From positions 119,548-183,547 of the forward strand of contig JAJZOD010000010.1 in assembly GCA_021852055.1 (NCBI GenBank): a DNA stretch of 64,000 nucleotides. The letters are read 5' to 3'. The position numbers and the translations under genes were made by a program. The notes beneath the pieces are model-generated. The model saw only the letters and a program-made list of their open reading frames with translations, did not search any database and had not been told where the DNA came from. This DNA is from Candidatus Micrarchaeota archaeon (GTDB lineage: Archaea; Micrarchaeota; Micrarchaeia; Micrarchaeales; CABMGC01). Shown in pieces: positions 28,295 to 39,082 of the stretch (positions within the stretch are counted from its first letter, which is position 1; every line of letters starts with the position of its first letter).

Positions 28295-28951
28295 TTGCAG
28301 TTCGTACTTTTGGACAGGAGCACTGCACGAAGCGCATTTTCAAGATTGTATGCTAATTATAGTGATGCGGAGTACTATCTTAAATTCAAAACACCGATAC
28401 AGCTGCTTGTTGCTGCGATACTGTCGGCGCAGACAAGGGATGATGTTGTTAATGCCGTAACTCCAGAGCTTTTCAGAAAATATGACACTGCTGAAGACTA
28501 CGCCAAAGCCAGCACAGACGACCTTATTAAATACGTAGGGCGTGTCAGCTTCGCTTTAGCCAAATCCAAGAATATAATAAGTGCATGCCGAATAATTGTA
28601 GAAAAGTACGACGGAAAGGTACCTAAAACATTGGATGAACTTCTAGAGCTGCCGGGAATAGGCAGGAAAACTGCAAATACAATACTCATAAACGCATATG
28701 GCATTGTTGAAGGCATACCAGTAGATACATGGGTAATAAAGCTTGCTCACAGGATAGGATTGAGCGACAAGGAGGATCCTGATGGCATAGAAAAGGATCT
28801 TGAACAGCTGATAGACAGAAGGTATTGGCATAATGCAGCTTATGCTCTGAAAGCCCATGGTAAGAAGGTATGCAAATCCACATTGCCGGAGTGCAGCAAG
28901 TGCGTGCTTAACAGCATGTGCCCGAAAAACGACGTTGAGAAAAGGTTGTGA
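28295..28951 (+). CDS. nth: Endonuclease III (HhH-GPD, 4Fe-4S)
   Basis: LLVAAILSAQTRD, LPGIGRKTAN, PVDTWV and C-x6-C-x2-C-x5-C. Confidence 0.94.
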   Translation: MQFVLLDRSTARSAFSRLYANYSDAEYYLKFKTPIQLLVAAILSAQTRDDVVNAVTPELFRKYDTAEDYAKASTDDLIKYVGRVSFALAKSKNIISACRIIVEKYDGKVPKTLDELLELPGIGRKTANTILINAYGIVEGIPVDTWVIKLAHRIGLSDKEDPDGIEKDLEQLIDRRYWHNAAYALKAHGKKVCKSTLPECSKCVLNSMCPKNDVEKRL

Positions 28952-30237
28952 ATTTGAGATACATTGCAGATCTGCACATACATTCAAGACATGCTGGCGG
29001 ATGCAGCGACAAGCTCACAATAAAAAACATCTCAGAAGCAGCTGAAAAAAAGGGCATAGGAATAATCAGCACAGGAGACTTCACGCACCCGTTATGGTTA
29101 AACGAGATAAAAAGCAGCCTGCACGAAGCGGAGAGCGGCCTGTTCACATTGAACAAAGATTCAAGCGTGAGATTCATGCTAGGCACAGAAGTATCAACTG
29201 TGTTTAACGAGAAGGGTGGAGAAAACAGAGGCATGTTCAGCGCAGACAAAAGCGTCAGAAAAGTGCACACGTGCATCCTAGCACCCGGAATTGAGGTTAT
29301 TGACCAGATAAACGCTGACCTGGGAAAGTACGGGAACCTTTCGCTTGATGGAAGGCCTATGCTTAATATGAGCACACCAGAGCTGATAGAGTGCCTGCAC
29401 AGCATAGACCCCAGGATCTTTGCATTTCCTGCGCATATTTGGACTCCGTGGTTTGGGGTGCTTGGATCTATGAGCGGTTTTGATTCGATAAAGGAGGCAT
29501 ATCAGGATCAGGCCATGCATATACATGCTGTTGAGACGGGGCTTTCTTCAGACCCTGCTATGAACTGGAGAATATCTGGATTGGATGATTATGCAATAAT
29601 ATCAACGAGCGATGCACACTCGCTTCCTAAATTAGCGCGTGAAGCCATAACCTTGGATATCGATGAAAAGGGCGTATCGTATGAAGCGATTATCAAAAGA
29701 ATAAAATCGAAGAGGCTGGAACGCACAATAGAGTTCTATCCTGAAGAGGGCAAGTACCATTACGACGGCCACCGTAAATGCAATATATCCCTCAGCCCTG
29801 AAGAGGCGAAGAAGTTCAATGGCATATGCCCCGTATGCAGGAAAAAACTTACAATAGGTGTAATGCACCGCATAGGCGAGCTTGCTGACCGTGAACCGGG
29901 GTTCAGGCCCGAAGATGCGGTGCCGTTCATACACGCAATACCGCTGCAGGAGGTAATAGCGTATGTGACTGGAAAAGGAGTTTCGACTAAGACAGTGCAA
30001 GAGGCATACACTTCGCTCCTGTCAGTGTTCGGCACGGAGCTTAACGTACTTATAGACGCAGACATAGAAGCCATAGAGTCAATAGACAAAAATCTTGCAA
30101 ACGCTATAAAAAACATACGCAGCGAAAAAGTTAGCATAACGCCAGGCTATGACGGAATTTTCGGAGTCATAGACATACTTGGCAGGGCGAGATCCGATAG
30201 AAAACAGCAGGCGCAGAAAAGCATGCACGACTACTAG
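28948..30237 (+). CDS. endoQ: Endonuclease Q family (PHP domain + Zn ribbon)
   Basis: DLHIHSR, TGDFTHP, PAHIWTPWFG, ETGLSSD, TSDAHS, GKYHYDGHRKC, CPVC and PGYDGIFG. Confidence 0.88.
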   Translation: MNLRYIADLHIHSRHAGGCSDKLTIKNISEAAEKKGIGIISTGDFTHPLWLNEIKSSLHEAESGLFTLNKDSSVRFMLGTEVSTVFNEKGGENRGMFSADKSVRKVHTCILAPGIEVIDQINADLGKYGNLSLDGRPMLNMSTPELIECLHSIDPRIFAFPAHIWTPWFGVLGSMSGFDSIKEAYQDQAMHIHAVETGLSSDPAMNWRISGLDDYAIISTSDAHSLPKLAREAITLDIDEKGVSYEAIIKRIKSKRLERTIEFYPEEGKYHYDGHRKCNISLSPEEAKKFNGICPVCRKKLTIGVMHRIGELADREPGFRPEDAVPFIHAIPLQEVIAYVTGKGVSTKTVQEAYTSLLSVFGTELNVLIDADIEAIESIDKNLANAIKNIRSEKVSITPGYDGIFGVIDILGRARSDRKQQAQKSMHDY

Positions 30238-30295
30238 TCCTGCAGCATTGTTGCATGTGAGTAATATTATTCAGCACTGTTGAATTTTACTTTGG

Positions 30296-30922
30296 CTAAT
30301 GCTGCTCTTTTGATGATATCTTCTTTTTAACGTGCTTGAGCGCAGAGAATGTGTCGCGGTCAAGCTCTTCCAGATGAAGCGCAATGTACTTTGCCTGCGC
30401 CTTGAGGCCAGGTATTACTATATAATCAAGGGCATTGACCCTTCTTTTTGTTTTCTCGACCTCTATTACAAGACGTTTGAGGCCCTGCTCCCTCTGTGCA
30501 ACATCAAGGACAGTTCCTACAACTTCACGGAATGAGTTGCTTATGTCATCTACAGCTATACTGGTGGAGAGTATGCCGAGGTCCATGGTGCCGCCCTTGC
30601 TGGGCTTTGACGCTGAAGGTATCTTGACGCCCATTATATTCTTGATCGACATCTGTATAGGCTCGAGCTCGCGAATGTAGTTTGATGCGGATTCGAGCTC
30701 AAAATTTCCCACATACGCAGATGAAATTGCTACATTCTTGTACGCCTGCTGCAGTATCTTGTACAGATAGTCGCGATCCTTCCCAGACTCCTTCAGCAGT
30801 TTGAGGAACTCGAGGACGAGAGCCTCTCGTTTTCTTTTCAGTATTGTGTAGCCTCTCGTAGCCGTCCGTGTCCTGCCCTTGACCTGTATAAGGTTCATCC
30901 TTGTAGGGTTTATACGCTCCAT
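30296..30922 (-). CDS. atpD: A/V-type ATP synthase subunit D
   Basis: PTRMNL, ILKRKREAL, TKRRVNALDY.VIP and operon position. Confidence 0.95.
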   Translation of the reverse strand: MERINPTRMNLIQVKGRTRTATRGYTILKRKREALVLEFLKLLKESGKDRDYLYKILQQAYKNVAISSAYVGNFELESASNYIRELEPIQMSIKNIMGVKIPSASKPSKGGTMDLGILSTSIAVDDISNSFREVVGTVLDVAQREQGLKRLVIEVEKTKRRVNALDYIVIPGLKAQAKYIALHLEELDRDTFSALKHVKKKISSKEQH

Positions 30923-30927
30923 CCCGA

Positions 30928-32310
30928 TTACTTCTTTTGCTTATAGTATTTGAGAACGTACTGCTCTTTTATTCTAGTGAGCTCGGTTTCAGGCAACATC
31001 GAAAGCAGATCCCAGCTTATCTCCAGCGTCTTCTCTATGCTCCGGTCCTCATCAAAGCCCTGGCGTATATATTTGTCTTCAAAGCTGTCGCCGAAATTGA
31101 GATACTGCCTGTCGCTTTCTCCTAGCGCTTCTGCGCCGACTATTGAGCTTAGGCTTTTTGCATCCTGTGCGCGCGCATACGCTCCGAACAGCTGGTCTGC
31201 AACGCCGCGGTGGTCCTCGCGTGTCTTGCCCGAACCTATGCCGCTATTCATCAGCCGCGATAACGAACCAAGAGGATTTACCGATGGGTATATGCCCTTG
31301 TTGTTCAGCACTCTGCTCATAAATATCTGCCCTTCTGTTATGTATCCGGTAAGGTCTGGTATTGGGTGCGTTACGTCATCACTTGGCATTGTTACCACAG
31401 GAAGCTGTGTTATGCTGCCTTTTTTGCCCTTGAGGACTCCTGCACGTTCGTATATGCTTGCTAGATCCGTATACATATAACCGGGATAGCCTCGCCTGCC
31501 AGGCACCTCCTCCCTTGCGCTTGAAAGCTCTCTTAAGGCCTCTGCATAGTTTGTCATGTCGTTTAATATGACAAGCACGTGCATACCGCGCTCATATGCC
31601 AGGTACTCTGCAGTAGTGAGCGCTATTCTGGGGGTTATTATGCGCTCTATGCTCGGATCATCGGCGAGATTAATGAACGCCACTGTCCTTTTCAGGGCGC
31701 CAGTTCTCCTGAACTCGTTTGTAAAATACTGTGCGTCGTCGTTGGTTATGCCGATGCCTGCAAAGACAACTGCAAACCCCTCGCTCTTGCCTTTTACCTT
31801 TGCCTGCCTTGTTATCTGTGCTGTCAGCTGGTTGTGCGCAAGCCCAGAACTCGAGAATATCGGTAGCTTCTGACCCCTTACTAGTGTGTTAAGCCCGTCT
31901 ATTGTTGAGATGCCAGTTTCTATGAAGTCGCTTGGCATTGCCCTTGAAACCGGATTTATCGGATAGCCGTTTATGTCCCTTTTTTCTCCGCTGGTAATCT
32001 TTGACCCTGAATCACGCGGACGCCCTTGGCCGTCGAACACTCTGCCAAGCATCGACTCGCTCACACTCACATTGAACGTTTCGCCAAGGAAGCTCACTGA
32101 TGTCTTGTTTATATTTATGCCGCTCGTAGAGCCGAATACCTGCACAACTGCCCTGCCATCGCTCGTATCAAGCACCTGGCCGAGCCTGCTCTCGCCATCC
32201 TGCATTTTTATCCTTACTATCTCGTTGTAAGATGCATTTCTCACCTTGCCGACAACGACAAGAGGTCCCGCAACGCTTTCTATTGTGCTATACTCTATTC
32301 CAAACTTCAT
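30928..32310 (-). CDS. atpB: A/V-type ATP synthase subunit B
   Basis: [25 protein letters not shown] and [15 protein letters not shown]. Confidence 0.97.
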   Translation of the reverse strand: MKFGIEYSTIESVAGPLVVVGKVRNASYNEIVRIKMQDGESRLGQVLDTSDGRAVVQVFGSTSGININKTSVSFLGETFNVSVSESMLGRVFDGQGRPRDSGSKITSGEKRDINGYPINPVSRAMPSDFIETGISTIDGLNTLVRGQKLPIFSSSGLAHNQLTAQITRQAKVKGKSEGFAVVFAGIGITNDDAQYFTNEFRRTGALKRTVAFINLADDPSIERIITPRIALTTAEYLAYERGMHVLVILNDMTNYAEALRELSSAREEVPGRRGYPGYMYTDLASIYERAGVLKGKKGSITQLPVVTMPSDDVTHPIPDLTGYITEGQIFMSRVLNNKGIYPSVNPLGSLSRLMNSGIGSGKTREDHRGVADQLFGAYARAQDAKSLSSIVGAEALGESDRQYLNFGDSFEDKYIRQGFDEDRSIEKTLEISWDLLSMLPETELTRIKEQYVLKYYKQKK

Positions 32311-32315
32311 TTTAA

Positions 32316-34124
32316 TCACCCATTCTTTACCTTCTCCGCGGCACCTTCGCCTGCAGAACTTTCCTGCTTCATTATCTGCCTGAATTCTAATGACATGTTT
32401 GCAGCTATCTTTTTCGATGCCTGCTCGAACTCTGACTCTTTTATGCCCTTCATTCGCGATATCTCCGACCTTATCTTCATTGATGATATACGTTCCACGC
32501 TTATCTCATTTCTTACTGCATCAGAGGCAAGCCTGGAGAACATAAGCATTATATTCAGCATGCCTGCCTGTTTCTTCATGCTTGTGAATGCATCTACATC
32601 GTCGAATGCGCTCTGCCTCAGGTAGTCCTCTCTTATCATTCTGCCGACTATTAGGAGCACCCTCTCGGATTCCGGCAGCGCATCTTCACCTACAAGCTGG
32701 ACTATGTCCTTTAGTTCTGCCTCTCTCTGCAACAGCTTCATTGTCTCTGCTTTGCCTTTTACAAACTCTTCGCCGACATTCTTCTGGTACCACGGCTCCA
32801 AAGTATCAAGATAAAGGGAGTAGCTATTTAGCCAGTTTATTGAAGGAAAGTGCCTTGCACTTGCAAGCGACGCATCCAAAGACCAGAAAGTCTTGACAAC
32901 GCGAAGGGTTCCTTGGGTTACAGGCTCTGAGAGGTCTCCGCCTGGCGGTGACACTGCACCTACAAGCGTTATAGAGCCTTTTGCACCATTGAGAGATTCG
33001 ACCTTTCCGCTTCTCTCATAGTACTCTGCAAGCCTTTTTGACAGGTATGCAGGGTAGCCCTCCTCGCCTGGCATCTCTTCAAGCCTAGCTGAAATCTCAC
33101 GCATGGCTTCTGCCCATCTTGATGTGGAGTCGGCCATTATCGAAATGTTGTATCCCATATCACGGAAGTACTCCGCTATTGTTATACCTGTATATATGCT
33201 TGCTTCCCTTGCTGCCACAGGCATGTTGCTCGTGTTTGCAACAAGCACCGTCCTTTCCATAAGAGGCTTCCCAGTCTTAGGGTCTGTAAGATGCGGAAAT
33301 TCTGCAAGTATGTCGGTCATCTCGTTGCCACGCTCGCCGCAGCCTATGTAGACTACTATGTCGCTGTCTGAGTACTTGGCAAGCTGGTGGGATATTATTG
33401 TCTTTCCTGCGCCGAACGGCCCCGGCACAGCGGCAGTACCGCCTTTTGCTACAGGAAACAGGGTATCTATAACGCGCTGTCCTGTTATAAGCGGGTCTTC
33501 TGATTTAAACTTGCGCTTTACTGCAGAAGGGTACCTTACTGACCTTTTCTGAAGCATAGTTATGGCAACCTTTTTGCCGTTCTGTTCAACCTCTGCTATC
33601 TTGTCCTCTATTGTAAACTGGCCGTGCTTTAGGATTGTTATACTGCCCTCTACACCATAAGGCACCATTATGTAATGCTTCATCAGCTCTGTTTCCTGCA
33701 CATAGCCCAGTACGGTGCCAGGAGCCACAGCTGCACCTTTTTTCAGGCTTTTTTCAGGAACAAAGCTCCATTTCTTTTTCCTGTCAAGCGATGGAACGTC
33801 TATGCCCTTGCCTATGAAACTGCCGCTCTTTTTTTCTATAAGCTCCAGCGGCCGCTGAATGCCATCATAAATCATGCCAAGCAGTCCTGGCCCAAGCTCT
33901 ACAGACAGGGGTTGGCCTGTAGATTCGACAGGCTCCCCAGGCCGTATTCCGGTTGTGTCTTCATACACCTGTATAACCGCATCGCTGCCACGAAGCTGGA
34001 TTATCTCTCCTACAAGCTTTGCCGTGCCGACTTTCACTACGTCATACATGCTGCTTCCGAGCATCTCCTTTGCTATCACAAGTGGTCCAGATATCCTTTT
34101 TATTTCGCCCATATTAACTACCAA
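32316..34124 (-). CDS. atpA: A/V-type ATP synthase subunit A
   Basis: GPFGAGKT Walker [20 protein letters not shown] and [11 protein letters not shown]. No intein. Confidence 0.97.
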   Translation of the reverse strand: MVVNMGEIKRISGPLVIAKEMLGSSMYDVVKVGTAKLVGEIIQLRGSDAVIQVYEDTTGIRPGEPVESTGQPLSVELGPGLLGMIYDGIQRPLELIEKKSGSFIGKGIDVPSLDRKKKWSFVPEKSLKKGAAVAPGTVLGYVQETELMKHYIMVPYGVEGSITILKHGQFTIEDKIAEVEQNGKKVAITMLQKRSVRYPSAVKRKFKSEDPLITGQRVIDTLFPVAKGGTAAVPGPFGAGKTIISHQLAKYSDSDIVVYIGCGERGNEMTDILAEFPHLTDPKTGKPLMERTVLVANTSNMPVAAREASIYTGITIAEYFRDMGYNISIMADSTSRWAEAMREISARLEEMPGEEGYPAYLSKRLAEYYERSGKVESLNGAKGSITLVGAVSPPGGDLSEPVTQGTLRVVKTFWSLDASLASARHFPSINWLNSYSLYLDTLEPWYQKNVGEEFVKGKAETMKLLQREAELKDIVQLVGEDALPESERVLLIVGRMIREDYLRQSAFDDVDAFTSMKKQAGMLNIMLMFSRLASDAVRNEISVERISSMKIRSEISRMKGIKESEFEQASKKIAANMSLEFRQIMKQESSAGEGAAEKVKNG

Positions 34125-34470
34125 TTTTTTTGCTTATATCTATGCCTATAGCTCTAAGTATCAGCCTGCGAAGCGTGTCTGGGGAGTGGCTGTCGCCATA
34201 CTCCGGCACTTCTATGAATATCGGAAGAAGGCTCGTATCAATGGCATTGAGGAGTCTCCTGTCCTTTATTCCGTTTGCAAGCCTTGATGAGATAACTATT
34301 ATCCCTATATCATCTTTCTGAAGCAGCTGCCGGATCTTGTCCTCTGCCTCTGCGGCGGTTTCCGCTATTATGGATTCGTGGACTCCTGCAAGCTTGAAGC
34401 CCAGCGCAAGCTCCTCGCCGCCAACCATGGCTATCCTGTATCCTTTGCCTTTGCTTAATTTGCCTTCCAA
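34114..34470 (-). CDS. atpF: A/V-type ATP synthase subunit F
   Basis: [17 protein letters not shown] and [13 protein letters not shown]. Confidence 0.92.
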   Translation of the reverse strand: MEGKLSKGKGYRIAMVGGEELALGFKLAGVHESIIAETAAEAEDKIRQLLQKDDIGIIVISSRLANGIKDRRLLNAIDTSLLPIFIEVPEYGDSHSPDTLRRLILRAIGIDISKKIGS

Positions 34471-35513
34471 ACCATCAACTCAGAAAGCTCGTCTTTGCCG
34501 AGACCATACGCCTTGCCCTTTACCAATATCCTCAGAGTAGACACCTCTATCTCTTTCAGATAGATGTAGGCTATTACAGAGCTAAGCGACAGCACGCTGT
34601 GCGAAAGCACCTTAAGTGCAGCACTGTGTATGCTGTTACGCATTGCTATCTCAAAAGTAACCAGCCTTTTGTTCTGGTTGTACCGCGCTATTGCATCCTT
34701 CAGCTCGAATGCATTTATGTTCTGGACCAGAGGCTCTACCCCTTCAGAGCTTGTATACGCTTTTTTCATATCTGCAATGGCTACTGCACCGCCATTTATA
34801 AGGCCGCCGGCTACTGCATCAAAATCTGCGCCTCTCCATTTTGCGCGTATGAGCGTAAGCATGTTTTTCATGTCTATCTCCATTTTTATTATCCTGCCTG
34901 CAGGCTCGCCTTTATTGTAGAACTGATGCAGCATGTCCTCCATTGATTTGTAGTATTCGGAGTCTATGGCAGCTATGGATTCTGAAACGTTTTTGTGCTC
35001 GTTGTAAACTGCAAGCGCCTTTGTCAAAACTTCAGAGCTTGGTGAGTTGTTTATAAAACGCTGCAGCATCCTCTCTGCCGAGTCTTCCTTCATTATGTCC
35101 TTTATTATTATGCGAGGATACCTTCCGTAATCTATAAGATAGCGCTCTATGTCTGCAAACCCTTTGCCCTCTGTCTTTGCCTCAAGCGCTAGCTTGACGT
35201 TGTGGAATGTCCACCTTTCCGCTATGCCTCTTATGGTGTGCTTGTCCTGATGTGGAGTGAGGCGGATTACTGCATCCATATCTTTTGCAAGATTGCCGCT
35301 CAGCGCAAAATCTATAAGCGACTGCTTGATCTCCACTCCGCCGAAATCAGACAGTGATTTTGAGTACTCCGTCTGCATGAGTAGAGAGAGAAGAGAGGCT
35401 ATGTCCTTAGATGAAGCTATTGACTGCACAGATGCATCGCTGAGAAGCCTTGCCTTTCTGGCCTTTACGCGGGTGTTAGAATAACCGTACTTTACTGCTG
35501 ATTTGTAGCCTAT
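34455..35513 (-). CDS. atpC: A/V-type ATP synthase subunit C (d); inferred ATA start
   Basis: The frame extends upstream of GTG 35429 through YGYSNTRVKARKARLL to a TGA. The only plausible starts are ATA 35513 (AGGTG SD 5 nt upstream) or ATA 35525. Confidence 0.88.
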   Translation of the reverse strand: MGYKSAVKYGYSNTRVKARKARLLSDASVQSIASSKDIASLLSLLMQTEYSKSLSDFGGVEIKQSLIDFALSGNLAKDMDAVIRLTPHQDKHTIRGIAERWTFHNVKLALEAKTEGKGFADIERYLIDYGRYPRIIIKDIMKEDSAERMLQRFINNSPSSEVLTKALAVYNEHKNVSESIAAIDSEYYKSMEDMLHQFYNKGEPAGRIIKMEIDMKNMLTLIRAKWRGADFDAVAGGLINGGAVAIADMKKAYTSSEGVEPLVQNINAFELKDAIARYNQNKRLVTFEIAMRNSIHSAALKVLSHSVLSLSSVIAYIYLKEIEVSTLRILVKGKAYGLGKDELSELMVWKAN

Positions 35514-35521
35514 TGAAACAC

Positions 35522-36085
35522 CTATTCACCGAAAAGACACTCTGATATCGCGCCTTTTATCTGATTTGCAGCATCTTCGGTTATGTCGTTGACATCAGCA
35601 TCGAGCCTTGCCTTTTTATCAGATGTATATATAATTACACCGCTTATGCTGTTGTTTACTACCTTCTTCCCATAGCCCTTCTTTAGCTTTTCTAGCACCT
35701 TGCCGCTGCCTTCTACAATTATATCGTCTTTTTGGGTCACTGTTGAGAAAAAGCGAAGGGCCTTTTCAGATATCTCACCGGTGTATGACTTTTCGAGCTC
35801 CTTCGCGACTGCCTTCTTGATTGCAGGGAGCTGCTTTGATACTACTTCTTCACGTGCTGACGCAAGCATGTTTCCAACCTCTACAGAGAGCTCCGCCTCT
35901 GCCTCTTTAAGCAGGGTTTCGCGCAGTGCTTTTGCACGCTCTGAGGCATTTTTGCGTATCTCTTCCGCACGCAGCCTTGCCTGTCCGATTATCTCCGCCT
36001 CCTGTCTTTTGGCACCATCTATGTTCTTCTGGGCTGCGACTGCAGCATCTGCATCTATAGCCTTCTTTATGTCAGAAAGACCCAC
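35522..36085 (-). CDS. atpE: A/V-type ATP synthase subunit E
   Basis: MGLSDI N-terminus, A/E/K-rich coiled coil, SGVIIYTSD and operon position. Confidence 0.85.
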   Translation of the reverse strand: MGLSDIKKAIDADAAVAAQKNIDGAKRQEAEIIGQARLRAEEIRKNASERAKALRETLLKEAEAELSVEVGNMLASAREEVVSKQLPAIKKAVAKELEKSYTGEISEKALRFFSTVTQKDDIIVEGSGKVLEKLKKGYGKKVVNNSISGVIIYTSDKKARLDADVNDITEDAANQIKGAISECLFGE

Positions 36086-36095
36086 ACAGTGCACC

Positions 36096-36332
36096 TTATA
36101 TTATTCCTGCAGAGAGCGAGATAAGTATTGCTATTACAAGACCGAATATTACGAGCGTTTCCGGAATTACAAGAAAAAGTATGACTTTTCCTATCTCCTC
36201 CGGCTTTTCAGCAAGAAGGCCCATGCCTGCACTGCCGATTCCCGATTGTGCAATTCCTGTTCCTACAGCTCCGCCGAATATCGCCAGGCCGGCGCCTATA
36301 GATGCTATCGCAGCTTCCATTGTTATTGACAT
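36096..36332 (-). CDS. atpK: A/V-type ATP synthase proteolipid subunit K (c), single hairpin
   Basis: GIAQSGIGSAG, EKPE and IPETLVIFG with the ion-binding Glu. Confidence 0.95.
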   Translation of the reverse strand: MSITMEAAIASIGAGLAIFGGAVGTGIAQSGIGSAGMGLLAEKPEEIGKVILFLVIPETLVIFGLVIAILISLSAGII

Positions 36333-36352
36333 TATTTCACCAATTTTATCGT

Positions 36353-38212
36353 TTATTCTTCAGTATGAACCCTTTTGTATGTGAATGGCTTGAATTTTAT
36401 TCCGCCGCCCTCATAGAACTTTGTGAAGAACTCGACAAAATTAAGTCTGAGCCCTTGCACCAGTCCCTCGAATATGGATACTATCATGTTTAGTACATGA
36501 AGCAATAAGAATATTACAGAATAAATTATAAAGAGTAGTATCCCATCGCTCAGCTTTGGCGTGAACGCAAAATCTATAAGAAAAGCTATTATTACGCTTG
36601 CCAGGCCGAAACCCATTATTCTCATGTAGCTGAGTGTATGCGATATTAGGTCTATGACCTCTAAGGCCTTCTCACCACTTAATGCAAGAGTGGCCAGCAA
36701 AGACAGTATGGCTATGGCAGCAGAAGGCAGGTATATTCCAGAGTTGAATGCCCCGAACAGGCCGCCGGCTATCGCTATTGTTGCTGATATTACAAGTATA
36801 ATTGAGCTTATCTTGGCGTAGGCCAGTTTTTTCTTATGGTGGTTGTAATCATTAATGAATCCAAATGCAAGTCCAAGAAGCACCTGTGCAAGGCCGAACA
36901 CAATAGATATTACAGCTATGAAGCTTATATCTGTGAACCAGTTGAGCCCTGTATAATTAGCAACTATGTACTGATTTAGAGGTATGCCTAGATACTGATT
37001 TGAAAGCACCCCGAAAAACATTGCAGACACTGAATTTATCTGCCAGAGTGTAGAAACATTGTACATGAGACCGTCGGGATCCACCTTCCTTTTTATCAAA
37101 GTGGCAAGTATAAGCGACATTATCCCATAGCCTACATCCGATATCATCAGCCCGTAGAAAATCGGGAACGACAATATGAATATCCATGTTGGATCTATCT
37201 CATCGCTCCTGGGCACTGAAAAAAACTCGACCATATAATCGAATGACCTGAGGAATTTGGGCCTGTTTGTGAGCGTCGGTGCAAGCTCGTCGTTTTCTTC
37301 TATGACATCGAAAGTTACACGGCCGGATAGGCCGTTCGTGAGCGTGTTTCTTAATAAGGATGCGCTCTTTTCAGGAACCCAGCCCTCTACAATAAATGTG
37401 CTGTCGGTTTTCTTGAAGTATGAGCTAGCGTTGGCTCTCACAAGCTCTATGTTCAGCATCTCGGAGTATCCTGCAAGAGTTGAGTACTGCTCATCACTTA
37501 TGTGCCCAAGCCTAGCGTTTATCTTTGACATTTCTGCCGCATTCATAGCCCTCTGTCTGCGCACATTTTCAAGTATGCTAGCAGGAGTTTCGCGGACATA
37601 TTTGGATTCTAAATCGAACTCATTGAGCGTATACGATTTAAGTATGTCATCAATATTTGCTTTTTTATCGTAAGCGACTATTACGACGGCTGAAGAACCG
37701 TGCCTTGAAAATACCAGCTCCGAGTTTCGTGTCTTTGAACTGAATTCACGCATAAAATCGCTAAGCTGTTTGGCTGGCATGCTGAATCCGCGCACTATAA
37801 GCGCATCTGTCTTTAACTGGGAGAAATTTACCTTTAGCCCCGAGAAGGCAGTAGCTACATATTCAGCGTAGTCAAGAAGCTTACCTTCATCAGTAAGGGA
37901 TCTGCGCGCATCGCCGAGCTGGTAGATCTCATTTATGGCCTTGCTGTCTTTTACTCGCTCGACGAGTTCGTTCAAAGGCACGCTTTTGGATTTTCTAACT
38001 TCTCTTTTACCGAGCAGTGCAATTGCACCGTCAACACGTATCAGAAGCTCATTTATCTCATTAAGATCTTCAGGCTGCTGCACATCCTGCAGTGTGAGCT
38101 TGCTCCTTCTGAGGTCTATGACTCCGAGTTTATGCAATATCCGGACTGCCGCGCGCCTGTCTTTTTCTAGGCATACGACCCTTACCTTGTCCATTCGCTC
38201 TGTTCTGAACAT
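36353..38212 (-). CDS. atpI: A/V-type ATP synthase subunit I (a)
   Basis: EGWVP, EIDPT, SDVGYG, SYMRIMGFGL and LRLNFVEFFTKFY.GGG..FKPF. Confidence 0.95.
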   Translation of the reverse strand: MFRTERMDKVRVVCLEKDRRAAVRILHKLGVIDLRRSKLTLQDVQQPEDLNEINELLIRVDGAIALLGKREVRKSKSVPLNELVERVKDSKAINEIYQLGDARRSLTDEGKLLDYAEYVATAFSGLKVNFSQLKTDALIVRGFSMPAKQLSDFMREFSSKTRNSELVFSRHGSSAVVIVAYDKKANIDDILKSYTLNEFDLESKYVRETPASILENVRRQRAMNAAEMSKINARLGHISDEQYSTLAGYSEMLNIELVRANASSYFKKTDSTFIVEGWVPEKSASLLRNTLTNGLSGRVTFDVIEENDELAPTLTNRPKFLRSFDYMVEFFSVPRSDEIDPTWIFILSFPIFYGLMISDVGYGIMSLILATLIKRKVDPDGLMYNVSTLWQINSVSAMFFGVLSNQYLGIPLNQYIVANYTGLNWFTDISFIAVISIVFGLAQVLLGLAFGFINDYNHHKKKLAYAKISSIILVISATIAIAGGLFGAFNSGIYLPSAAIAILSLLATLALSGEKALEVIDLISHTLSYMRIMGFGLASVIIAFLIDFAFTPKLSDGILLFIIYSVIFLLLHVLNMIVSIFEGLVQGLRLNFVEFFTKFYEGGGIKFKPFTYKRVHTEE

Positions 38213-38241
38213 ATAAATCTACATCTATATCTGATATCTGC

Positions 38242-38565
38242 TTACTTTTCCAGAATCTCTTTAATTGAAGACTTGAGTATCTTTGCCTTCTGGGCTTCGC
38301 TTATTTTTGTATTCTTAATTATGCGCAGCTTTTTTTCCGTGTCTGCAAGAGATTTTTTCCTCATTTTTTCTATTTCAGACTCTGCTGCCTTAAATGCGGC
38401 CTCATGCACAGATTCTGCATCCGACTCTGCACTCGCTATTATCTGTTCCGCCTTTATTTTTGCGTCGCGAGTTATTTTTTCAGCCTGTATTTGCGAATCG
38501 CTGACTTTCTTTTTGGCCTTTGCTTCTGCGTCGCGTACATTTGCAATAGAATCTATACCTTCCAT
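38242..38565 (-). CDS. atpH: A/V-type ATP synthase subunit H (G-like)
   Basis: E/A/K-rich helical protein, first gene of the operon. ATG at 38565. Confidence 0.75.
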   Translation of the reverse strand: MEGIDSIANVRDAEAKAKKKVSDSQIQAEKITRDAKIKAEQIIASAESDAESVHEAAFKAAESEIEKMRKKSLADTEKKLRIIKNTKISEAQKAKILKSSIKEILEK

Positions 38566-38612
38566 AAAACTCACACAGTTGTTAGCAAATCTTGATAAAA
38601 AGACGCCGATGT

Positions 38613-38636
38613 AATATGTGCACATATGTTTATATT
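38613..38636 (-). promoter_or_regulatory. Candidate promoter TATA plus perfect palindrome upstream of the ATP synthase operon
   Basis: Minus-strand AAATATAAA (38636-38628) immediately followed by the 14-bp palindrome ATATGTGCACATAT (38613-38626). Confidence 0.45.
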
Positions 38637-39082
38637 TCTTATTGTTATGATCCTGTTAAGGACTGCCGTTTGGTTTGCCATGCCTTACAGCAGGATTGTG
38701 GTGTAAGAAGGCATTATGAGAAGCGATTTCGCCTGGCTTATTCAAACAAAGCTTTGGCGGCCTGTCTTTATTTACAGGCAAAACGAGCGTGCTAAAAGCG
38801 CAGCTGGAGAACAATTTATAAAAATGGCGTTTAGAGGGTGGGGAAGATAAATAGATTACTCTAAACGCTTGAAACACATTTTAGACATGTAAGTTTATAA
38901 AGATATTTGTATATATCATTTACCTTGATATACGTTTGACAGCACGCTCGATATAAGCTATGTGTGGTTAAGCAGTATATGGTTATTTATACATGTTTAC
39001 TTATTCAATTTACCTATTAGTTTATTAGTATTATAGTTATTCGTAATTAATTAGTACTTCATACAATTAAACAAGGGATATT

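Noticed and set aside
38656-38877. Small ORFs (including 38716-38850 +) and a bulged hairpin in the intergenic region before the ATP synthase operon
   Set aside because: No homology cue, and conflicting frames on both strands.
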